64,000 nt of DNA from Hemiscyllium ocellatum (taxonomy: Eukaryota): positions 13,144,001 to 13,208,000 of the forward strand of contig NC_083426.1 in assembly GCF_020745735.1 (NCBI RefSeq), written 5' to 3'. Positions 34,256 to 64,000 of this stretch are shown here, in pieces. The stretch's first letter is position 1. Each line of letters starts with the position of its first letter. Position numbers and translations under genes: made by a program. Under the pieces are notes generated by a model. That model did not search any database. It had not been told where the DNA came from and worked only from the letters and a program-made list of their open reading frames with translations.

Positions 34256-35789
34256 TTACTTGCTTCTTCAGCATTTCAAAAATTAAAATAAACTAAATTC
34301 ACATCTTTACAGTGCTTTATGCCTCTCGAAATATCCCAAAACACCAAGATCATTAAGTTTCCTGGAGTGAATAAAGCTTGTATGTTATTCATTTTTATTT
34401 ATGGTATTTATTAAGGTTCACACTTCCTAACCTTACATTAATTATTGAGGTAATACAGTACACAAAGTTGCTGCTTGGACAATGGGTAAATCCAGCAACA
34501 CATTTCTGCTGAGCAGTGAACATGAGCAACAGGGAATCAAGTGCTGCCATAAAATATATTGGAGTACAAAATGCACTTGACCTTCATGGTTGATAGACTT
34601 TGATAAAGGCTATATCACCAATATAGATTTGGGTTAGCAGGTTATCTTAAATTTTGATCACAGTGCTTCCACTTTGAACGCTTTCTGATTTTCAGTTTCA
34701 GAACACTGACATTCAAAAATGTATGTTTCTCGTTTGTTGTATGTTTCGATCTTTCAGAAAAGAAAAATGCATATGAAACATAATAGTTGTTCAGGAGACC
34801 TTTATTAGATTAATGACATTTTTCATCTACTTTTCTTCATAGTACAGCAATGAAAAAGGTTGTATGCAATAGAAAATTATCAAATAATATGTAGAGTCGT
34901 ATGTGCTCTCTACTTTCAACATTCCAAATATTGCTTAAATAGCTGAAATGGAGTAAGACTCCTCTTCGATTTCACCCAGTGGCCTTTTAGGTTTATAAGC
35001 AATTGCCTTATCTTTTGCGAAATCAGGCTGAAAACAATAAGTAGTACTAGTGAGAACCACTATATTTAAATTATCGACTAATCCGATGACAGCAATGACT
35101 TTGCATTGGCAGAGGTTACACTGTACTACAGAGGCAGAGGCAGAGGCAGTCTTAACTACCTCAAATTGAAGTGGTTACAAAAAGCAAAAAAAAACATCTA
35201 TCCGTGGCAGTGTCCATCCCCTTCCCATTTTTCTATTGTCTTCACTAGCTGTTATATATTCATCCAGCATATATAATTCAAATTGTCAGAGAAGGTTAGA
35301 TCACCAAATTCACAGTTACAATTCTGCAGATACTAAAGTTAACTTTAAGCCATGATGACTGCATTGCTTGCACACATTACAGGTGGCAATCTTCCTTCAC
35401 AAATTAACCCACAAATTGATTACCACCAACAAGGTAGTAAGCTAATAAATATATAATAAATGAGAAAATTCAAGTTTAAATCATAAAGGACAAGGTTTCA
35501 CTATTGTGAAGAATGCGTGATAATACTTCAATGAACAGCACAGACTGTGCCGTGTTGTGAATAATATTTGGTTTATTTTCGGGTTTGCCTGAACAACGTC
35601 AATTTTATCCTACACAAGGACAATGCTTTAGTGCCAGGGGACAAAAATCAGAATATTGAATGGAGATTTATTGAAAGAAAACATGTAAAGGATGCTGAAT
35701 GCTTTGGTTAACCTCCTACACAGTATATGGTATCAGTGTGCCATATTATTCTTACAAGCCCGGTATTATTTTGTCACTAAAATAGAACA

Positions 35790-36190
35790 GAGCTGAGAAG
35801 ATGCCGAAAACCTGAAACAAAAACAAAGTGCTGGGGAAACTCAGCAGGCCTGGCAGCATCCTTGGACAGTAAACATAGTTGAAACTGTGTTGCTGGAAAA
35901 GCGCAGCAGGTCAGGCAGCATCCAAAGAGCAAGAGAATCGACGTTTCGGGCATGAGCAGGGCTCATGCCCTAAATGTCGATTCTCCTGCTCTTTGGATGC
36001 TGCCTGACCTGCTGCGCTTTTCCAGCAACACATTTTCAGCTCTGATCTCCAGCATCAGCAGTCCTCACTTTCTCCAGTAAGTATAGTGTCAGTTTAGAGT
36101 CCAGTGAGCTGTCACCAGAGGGTTGCTGGACTCTTTTCTCTACACAGATGCTGCCAGACCTGCTGAGTTTCTCTAGCAATTTCTGTTCTT
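35790..36190. mobile_element. Penelope-derived fold-back (about 35880-36073) nested inside an older fold-back of a related family
   Basis: Inner arms meet at gggcatgagc-agg-gctcatgccc; outer arms aaactcagcaggcctggcagcatc / gatgctgccagacctgctgagttt. Confidence 0.8.
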
Positions 36191-36660
36191 GTTTCATTAC
36201 TTTGTCATTACTCTGTGATGCAAGTGTTGATGACCCTAAAAGGTATGATCGATGTTTTACAAAACAAGCACGAGCTATTTTTAATTTTATCAAAATGCTG
36301 TAGAATTTAAAGCAATGGATTTCTCCAACTTTTATCATCTGGTAGCAATTAACAGGTCTCCAATTAAGATTTGAAAACAACAGCCACAGCAAAACCAATT
36401 CTGTCCCCTCAGTTATACCTGCTGCTTCACGACCACAATTTTCACTTATAAACTAATGATAGTCAATGGGTAGCGTCAACTAAATTCACAAAACCTGTTC
36501 CTCCCATTTCTTGACGATTCTTCATTAATGAGTATTTAATGACATTTTCAATAATAACAAATGATAGAGTATATTACTGAATTGGTTTGGTCAGCAATAT
36601 TGATTTTCTGATCAAAACCACAATAGAGAATTTACCGCCTGGTACGCCCCATGACCTTAA

Positions 36661-36980
36661 ATTTGATTAGATTAGATTGCCTACAGTATGGAATCAGGGC
36701 CTTCAGCCCATCAAGTCCACACCAATCCTCTGAAGAGAGACCCACCCAGACCCATTTCCCTCTAACTAATGCATCTAACACTATGGGCAATTTAGCACGA
36801 CCAATTCAACTGACCTGCACATCTCTGGACCGTGGGAGGAAACTGGAGCATCCGGAGGAAACCCACACAGACACAGGGAGAATGTGCAAACTCCACACAG
36901 AGTCACCTGAGGCTATAATTGAACTTGGGACCCTGGAGCTGTGAGGCAGTAGTACTAATTACTAAGCCATCGTGCCATTA
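36661..36980 (-). mobile_element. HE1-type SINE
   Basis: Reverse complement of the 37230 copy; ttaga tail. Confidence 0.88.
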
Positions 36981-37229
36981 CAAACAAACATATACTTCAT
37001 GTGGAGAAGCCTTCCTGTTCTCAATTTTGATTTTTTTCAAAATCTTTAACTTTTAATCACAAGATTAGATTATCAAGTTCTGGACACCGTTCTGTTTTTG
37101 AATTATCTACACTAGAGAGCTGTGGGTGTTCAGTGAGTTATATTCAAGGCCTAGATTGATAAGAATCTAAAAGGAATCAAGAATATCAGGAAAACATACA
37201 AAAGTGGAGTGGATGCTGAAGTATATTGT

Positions 37230-37545
37230 GGGCAGCACGGTGGCAGTGGTTAGCACTGCTGTCTCACAGCGCCCGAGACCCGGGTTCAATTCCTGACTCA
37301 GGCGACTGACTGTGGAGTTTGCACGTTCTCCCCGTGTCTGCGTGGGTTTCCTCCGGGTGCTCCGGTTTCCTCCCACAGTCCAAAGATGTGCGGGACAGGT
37401 GAATTGGCCATGCTAAATTGCCCCTAGTGTTAGGTAAGGGGTATGTAAATGTAGGGGTATGGGTGGGTTGCCGCTTCGGCGGGTCAGTGTGGACTTGTTG
37501 GGTCGAAGGGCCTGTTTCCACACTAAGTAATCTAAAAAAATCTAA
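37230..37545 (+). mobile_element. HE1-type SINE, well preserved
   Basis: ggcagcacggtggcagtggttagcactgc...gggttcaattcc...gggcctgtttccacactaagtaatcta. Confidence 0.92.
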
Positions 37546-39869
37546 TCTATATTAAATGGGAGAGCTGCTTGAAGTGGCTTGGTCTACTCCTGCTCACATC
37601 TTAGGATGTCTATGGGGAGAACCATGGAAAGGAGGGATATCCTCAGTGCTCACTGAGCTGTCATCACGTTTGCTTTGTGCGCATTCGGCTTGGGGATTCA
37701 AGCAGAGGGTGCGTTGCTGAGGTGTGTCTGCCAATATTGCCAGTGATAGTTATTAGAAGGAAACCTGGTCACTTATAATGAGCCACTGTGGAGAATTATC
37801 CTATGTATTGACTCCAACAGTATTGTTAAAAATGGATCTTTGAGGATTTCAACAGGAAAAGACCAAATTAGTCATTTGTAAACACATTAGGAGTCATCTT
37901 GCTTTACGAAATGTTGATCATCCTGGGCCATGCTTTATTAACCTCCATCTCGCAACTGTACAAGAAACAACTGCATGAAATAATCCATTTCTCCAACTGT
38001 CAGGTTGTTGCAAACCTGTTACTGTATTAGTTATCATGGTTCTTTATTGGGATTTACATTTACACATACCACATAGATACAAGGAACTCAAAAATCCTAC
38101 TTAGAAGAAATTGGTATCACGAACAAATCTGATACAAGACTGAGTTGTATGGCCTATACTTAAGTTGAGTTTTTTTTAAAAATCACTTCAATACAAGTAA
38201 ACAAACCATTATTCCTTAAAGCACAAAGAAATTCTAATAGAAATAATCTTCCACAGATATACCAAGAAAAGTACAGATTAGGCTGAAAGATGTTAACAGT
38301 ACTATAGCAGCCAGCCAGCCAAACCTTCAAAATAATTTAGTAAAACAGAAACTGCCTACTGACTGAAGTATAGGGGTGGGTTTAATTAGTAAGCCTTGTT
38401 TCTTTTTGGTCAGTAATTTAATAAGGAGACAGATACTAAGAGCATATGAACTACAAGCGGTGTAGACAATTCATCCCCATGAACCTGCTCAATACAACCA
38501 CGGCTGATCTCACCTCCACCTCAAGTCCACTTTGCTGCTGCTCCCAATAATCCCTCAATCCAGTACTAATTAAAGATGCTTATCTCCTCCTTAAATTTAC
38601 TCAATGTCCTGGCATCCACCACACTCTGGGAGAGTGAATTCCAGAGATTCACAATCCTGAGAAGTAATTGCTACTTATCTGTTTTAAATCTACTATTCCT
38701 TATCCTAAAACTATGTCCACTCACTCTCGAAACCAAAGCAGAAATTGCTGGAGAAACTCAGCAGGTCTGGCAGCATCAGTGTAGAGAAATCAGTCAACAT
38801 TTCAGGTCCAGTGACCCTCTTCCAGAAGTGACAGTAGCTAGAAAAAAAAAGTGGATATTTATGCAGAAGATGAGGTGGGGAAGAAGGTTGGAAGTGTAAG
38901 CCATAGGTGGAAATAGAGGCCAAAGTGAGAGGTAAACAGTTGGACAAAGGAGTGGGTAAAGATAAATCTAGGAGAATGAAAAGCTGCTAATGGGGATAGC
39001 TGACAATGGTGTGTGGGGGTTAAGGAAATGGGAGAAGGTGCCTCAAATTCTAAAATGATTGAATTTGATATTAAATCCAGAAGACTGCAGAGTTCCTAAG
39101 TGGAAAATGAGACGCTGTTCTTCCAGCTTGTGCTGAGCTTTGCTGGAGCACTGCCGCAAGCCAGAGTCAGAAATGGTGACCAGAGAACACGGTATTGTGT
39201 TGAAGTGCCAGGCAACAGGAAGCTGAAAACCTTTTGTGCAGACAGAAGGTAGGTGTTGTGTAAAGCAATCAACCCAGTCTGCACATTGTTTCCCCAAAGT
39301 AGAGGAGACCATACTGAGAGCAGTGAATGCAGTAGACTAGACTGATTAAAGTGCAACTTTAGCAGAAAGGGTGAATGGAGCCTTGGACAGTGAGAACTGA
39401 GGAAGTAAACAGGTGTTAGACTTTCTGTGGTTGCAGGAGATGGTGCTGTGGAGGTTTGGGGTTGCACTGGGAATGAAGGAGGAGGAGTGGATCAGACAGT
39501 CCTGAAGGGAATGGTCTCTACGGAAGCCTGACAATGGAAGGGAGGGGACTGTGTGTCTGGTGGTGACACTGCCCTGGGAGGTAGTAGAAACTATGGTGAA
39601 GCTCTTGAGATGTTAAATGAAGGCAAGGGGGACCTTAATGCTGTTTGAGAGGGAAGAGAGGGGGTGAAGGCCAAAAATGCAAGAAATTGGTCAGACCTGC
39701 CTGAGGGTACTATCAACTATGATGCTGCAGTATCCTCAGTTAAGGAAGAAGGTGGACATTTCGGAGGCCCCTCTTGTCAAAGCTTGTATCATCAGAACAG
39801 AGGGCACAGGATGAGGAACTGGGAGAATGGAATAAAACCTTTGCAGGAAGCAGGGTGTGAGAATAGATA

Positions 39870-40687
39870 TATTTCCCTCCCCTCCCCTATCAGCGTTCCG
39901 CAAGGACCACTCCCTTCGTGACTCCCTTGTCAGATCCACACCCCCCACCAACCCAACCTCCACCCCCGGCACCTTCCCCTGCAACCGCAGGAAATGTAAA
40001 ACTTGCGCCCACACCTCCACACTCACTTCCCTCCAAGGCCCCAAGGGATCCTTCCATATCCGCCACAAGTTCACCTGTACCTCCACACACATCATCTATT
40101 GCATCCGCTGCACCCGATGTGGCCTCCTCTATATTGGTGAGACAGGCCGCTTACTTGCGGAACGCTTCAGAGAACACCTCTGGGCCGCCCGAACCAACCA
40201 ACCCAATCACCCCGTGGCTCAACACTTTAACTCCCCCTCCCACTCCACCGAGGACATGCAGGTCCTTGGACTCCTCCACCGGCAGAACACAACTACACGA
40301 CGGCTGGAGGAGGAGCGCCTCATCTTCCGCCTGGGAACCCTCCAACCACAAGGTATGAATTCAGATTTCTCCAGCTTCCTCATTTCCCCTCCCCCCACCT
40401 TGTCTCAGTCGGTTCCCTCAACTCAGCACCGCCCTCCTAACCTGCAATCCTCTTCCTGACCTCTCCGCCCCCACCCCACTCCGGCCTATCACCCTCACCT
40501 TGACCTCCTTCCACCTATCCCACCTCCATCGCCCCTCCCCCTAGTCCCTCCTCCCTACCTTTTATCTCAGCCGGCTTGGCTCTCTCTCTCTTATTCCTGA
40601 TGAAGGGCTTACGCTCGAAACGTCGAATTCTCTATTCCTGAGATGCTGCCTAACCTGCTGTGCTTTGACCAGCAACACATTTGCAGC
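39870..40687 (+). mobile_element. Young 5'-truncated Penelope-like element (Neptune-type Zn linker, GIY-YIG endonuclease, pLTR)
   Basis: Uninterrupted frame CNRRKCKTC..IIYCIRCTRCGLLYIGETGR..FREH..VAQHF; 14-bp TSD tgtgagaatagata at 39856-69 and 40688-701. Confidence 0.93.
40593..40628 (+). ncRNA. Minimal hammerhead ribozyme motif in the pLTR
   Basis: ATTC-CTGATGA-A-GGGC(ttac)GCTC-GAAA-CGTC-GAAT, with one G.U in stem II. Confidence 0.7.
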
Positions 40688-42510
40688 TGTGAGAATAGAT
40701 AGTCAAGGTAACTGTGGGAGTTTGACAGTAGTTTTTAGTGACCAACCTATCCCCTAAAATGGAAACAGGTGTTGAGGAAGGGAAGGGAAGAGTCAGAGAC
40801 GGACCAGGTGAAGGTGAAAGCAGGTGGAAGCAACACAGTTAAACTTTTCCAATTCTGGACGAGAGAGGGAAGTAGTGCTTATGGGGTCATTGATGTACTG
40901 GAGAAAGTTGTACATTGTTCTCGATTGGAATTCTGAACCACAGTAATATGGTCATTCTAGATTGCCCCATGAGAAAACACCTCTATGTCAACTTCATCAA
41001 TCCCCTTCAGCATCTTCTGTACCTCAATTAGATTTCCTCTCATGCTTTTGACATAAAGGCAAAATGGCTAATCCACTAAACCATTCTCTCGCCGCCTCCT
41101 CTTTTACTTTCTCCTGAGGGTATCTGAATAGTTTTGGAAACAAAGGGACATCACAGTCAAAGCAGGAGCACATATCAACAACACTGATAAATTAATATTT
41201 TTAGAGATACACAAAGTTTTCACAAGGTTTAATTCATCAGCCTTCATCGAATATTAAACCTCAATACACACTGGGTAAGGCTAAAATGCCACCTTGTTTG
41301 CTGGTAATTAAAAAGAATTATTTACTTGATGTTGACACTGAAATAGGACTGCAATGAGTCAGTTAATTTGTCCAGTAACACAGCATGTATGATGGAGGGG
41401 AAGATAGCTACATTTATTATTAATCAAAGTTGGAGGTACAATATCATCTCGTATTACTATGGTCAAGAATTTCTAATTTAAAAGCAAGATTGGTCTACTA
41501 ATGTTCACCACCATGCCTTTATGTCCTACTTTAATTCTTCGGGCTCTGTGCATCAGACATCTCAACAACTGACCTCTCATCATTGGTACTGTTGGTAAGA
41601 CTGCTGCTTTGTTTCCCTCATGACAGAAAGCCTTCAAAAACATATACTTAGTACTCAAGATCAAATAACCTCTTTCCCAATAATGACAGACAAGTCTTGT
41701 ACGCCAGTGTTTAAAGGCACCAATTCATTCCACACTCCAAATGCCTCATTTAGCAATGTGCTTCACTGCCCATGACAGAATAGTGCCCAACAACCTAACT
41801 ATTTTTGTAGTGGTGGTAATAGAAACAGTGTTTGTGTGTCCACATCATGAAAAGAAATCCACAAGAATAAAGCATGGTCAAAACATTTTTAGGAATGGCT
41901 GGGTTAGACCTATCAGAAAAGGTTTGTAAATTCAGCAAGGGAAGCAGATTAATATCTTGGGTTGGTGGGGAGAAACAAAGTTTTTTTTAAAAAAAAAGCT
42001 GTTGCTTTTGAGCTGGAGCATGGTGTATAAATTGAAACCTAGTTGAATTGAAAAGCTTCTAAGAAATTGATAGATATTTGTAAAAGCACGATTTGCAGGG
42101 CAATGAAGGAAGAGTGGAAAGCAGCGGGCCTAATTTAATAACTCCTCCCAGGAAGTGATGTTTGGAATGAGCTCTCCATGTACTCATTCTTTAAAATCGT
42201 AAATCAGATATAGCAAGTTAGTTTTGCACCGTTACTCCTAACTCTGACAATGGCAGTCATAAAAATATTGTAAGGGAGATTTACTCGCTCCTCCTTTCCT
42301 GTATAATAATCTAACATTAAAATACAAAAGAACACAAAATAGGAAGCACATTTCATCAGAGTTCTAATGTTTCCCATTTAAGATTTAATATCATGTGATT
42401 CAAATTTATCAAAATCAAAATATTCTCACTCAGGCAAATTCCCATAAGACAATACAGAAGCAATTTTTGATCAAAAAATTGGTCATGTTTCTACAATGAT
42501 TTTTAAATTC

Positions 42511-42516
42511 TTTATT
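42511..42516 (-). terminator. Candidate poly(A) signal of the canonical AHCYL1 3' UTR (about 1.2 kb)
   Basis: AATAAA on the minus strand after a repeat-free UTR-like stretch; embedded in an A run, so uncertain. Confidence 0.4.
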
Positions 42517-43705
42517 TTTTTTTAAAATATATCTTTTTCATGTAACTGGAGTGAAAGTATTTTCTGGTCCCACTGTTGGGTATACAACCTTAGACAGGCT
42601 CATTGGCACAAAACCCACAAGTATTGAGAGAGAGGTCACCAACAGAATCCAGTGTTTGTTCATGGTCCAAAAAAAAAAGCATTTGCAAAATAAAAAGCCT
42701 TATCACAGAAGTACATAATTGCAGAATGCTTGGTTTGTTTGTTATACAGCAAGTGTTTGTGGAATATGAAGCTATCAAGACTCAACCAGAAATTCATGCT
42801 TGTCACCACAAACTCCATTTGGCACAATCTTATGATTAACTTGCTCTAATATGATTCTGTCAAAATGTAACCACCTAGAATTAGAATACTGACACCTTAA
42901 ATTATGCTCCCTGTTAAATCACTAGATGTATGCTTCTAATTTTCCTTGCCTGATTGGGAATAATTTGTATCCTGAAGTGTAACATCTAGTGGTGTCAATA
43001 TATTAAAGCGCATAAGTAAGGCTAGCATTGCATGAAAGAGAGATGAACTCAAATTCTGCATGAACAAAACCATTCACATTTTTTTTGGCTACAGAGTGAT
43101 ATTTACAATAGTTTAGTACTGAATCAGGTCTGTTTAAAAGTGGATACTCATCATTAATTACAGTCAGCGCTGGTTCCTGAAAAAATATGAGTATCATACA
43201 ACTACAACGGCAAATACCAAATTGGTTTTGATTGCCTCCATGAAAAGATTTCTTTAAAAAAAAGTTAAAACAAGAGAATCCTTTGGAACATTTTGAATTG
43301 AGCTTAAAGCTCAGGTTCTATACTAAAACAAAATAGGAAAGACGGAGCAGACGAATAAAGATTTTCTTTAAATTATTACAGTACTACTTGTTTGCACATC
43401 AATCATATACAGGCTCAAGTGATTTTGTGGAGACTGTGCTGTCACAATATAACATGACAGCTACCTCTCCCGGCAGTAAATTAGAAAATCAAAACAATCA
43501 TTTATAATTGAAGGAGTATAGAAAAGAAAATGCAAGCAAAAAAAAAAACAGGCTGATAAAGGATTAAGATGCCTAGGATTGCAGAAATGCTCTTTGAATA
43601 TGTTTGTTGAGCATTTAAACAGCTAGGCTAGCTCCTACTATACATTCTTCTACTGAAGTTTCAGACAACTTGGTCCTTCTTCGGATCATTTTGGTTCTGC
43701 TCCAT

Positions 43706-62803
<19,098 letters not shown>

Positions 62804-64000
62804 CTAAGAAAAAAAAACAGAAAAAGTTGTGTCACTGGCTTTTGCATTTGTAAGAAAATTTATTAAACGTTTAGGCTATGAGAGAAGGTTAAGGAAATTA
62901 GGTGGAGTTTAGTTGTAGGAAAGCAGACAAGGTGAATACTTGTTTCAGCTCATGACTTTGATCAAGTTTCTGTTGCATTACAGTTATACATCCAACACTT
63001 ACTGGACAGGAGCTTGGAAAATTTTACTTACATACTTTATAACCTAAAATCGTCAACAAAAGCTTTTTCTTAAAAAAAGAAAGCAGTTTACAAAATCTTT
63101 GATATTACCAGACTTTGCACAAGTGTCTCTGGAATCAGTTATCTCAGTCAATGTTATTCAACAGAACAGAAAAGGAATAATAAACTTTCAATGTTAATTT
63201 TCACCTTGGAAAAGTAAAACAAAGGTTCAGGGGCCTATAAAATAATTCTTTGATAAGATATCCTACAAGAACACATTAAATTAATCTCAAATCCTATAAA
63301 GGTCAATCCTCTTTATACTCCTCTTTTAACACAACCCCTCATTCCCAGACTTTACAAGTCTTAAATGGTAATACAACCTGAAAAATCCCTATTGATGAGT
63401 GCATTCCATAATATTTCCAAGCAGCAAATTTGACGTAATAGCAGAATATCTCCTCCTGAGGGCACTATTAAACTAACAGCTACTGTATTTAAAATTTTGT
63501 ACTTTTAGGATTGTCACTCAAATTCCCAATGGTTAAGGGTTTTTTAAACATGAAAATACAATGTTTCAATAATTATATTTCAGAGAAATATACAAAAACC
63601 TGCAATGAAGTGAAATGGATACCTTAGGTTTCAAAATGCCTTTGTATATCCTTTTGCAGCCTAATTTTAAAATCAATAATTACTGTATTGTGAAACCTAT
63701 TTATCTTTTGTAAAGTTGAGTTATATTATTTTTTCAGGCTATCTAATCTCCTTAGTCCAATCAAGAAAAGCTTAGTCACGTCAGAAAGTCTAAAGAGTCA
63801 AATAATTGGATGTTGGCTTTCCACTCCTCAGGTTTATTCCATCGAGGCCACATTACCATTTGAGAAAGGGAATGGGAAAGGTTAAAGAGTTGTAACTGCC
63901 TGCATATTTCCTAATGGCTTGTGAATGACAGGATGTACAGAAAGAGAACAAAGGGTATCAATGATTTTTCAAAGAAGGATTTAGTACTCATTAAAAAGGG

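Larger units (their letters stand above)
38729..41040 (-). mobile_element. Older Penelope-like element, decayed, interrupted by a younger copy
   Basis: ORF 39043-39312: PVAWHFN..KLEEQRLIFHLGTLQSSGFNIKF, homologous to the GIY-YIG tail of the younger copy. Confidence 0.8.

Noticed and set aside
39857-40459. 200-aa ORF as a host gene
   Set aside because: It is the GIY-YIG end of a 5'-truncated Penelope element, and its apparent start lies in the TSD.
41949-41957. Alternative R-Y-stop last exon for AHCYL1 (aag|A TAT TAA)
   Set aside because: Lies 1.75 kb beyond the 43712 acceptor, which has a cleaner pyrimidine tract and is reached first.

Overview
Vertebrate genomic DNA with five N-gaps. The repeat content (CR1 LINEs, HE1-type tRNA SINEs, Penelope-like elements, one L1-like LINE) points to a shark; the species cannot be fixed from sequence. 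Two convergent spliced genes were reconstructed by hand, and the ORF track shows only fragments of them. (1) + strand, 11187-23596: a complete 7-exon, 352-aa type I membrane receptor of the CD300/pIgR/TREM (MDIR-like) family with a signal peptide, two V-type Ig domains, a short stalk, a TM segment and an ITIM-bearing tail. All six intron phases match. (2) - strand, 62803 to 43706: the last 11 coding exons (human exons 7-17) of AHCYL1/IRBIT; its 5' part lies beyond the window. Main leads: the receptor and its position beside AHCYL1; loss of the canonical B-strand cysteine in its first domain; a candidate alternative last exon giving AHCYL1 an 83-residue C-terminal tail; and many minimal hammerhead-ribozyme motifs in Penelope-derived, TSD-flanked fold-back elements whose axes cluster on the ribozyme. 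No rRNA, intact tRNA or CRISPR array was seen. Repeat boundaries are approximate; exon boundaries were counted base by base.
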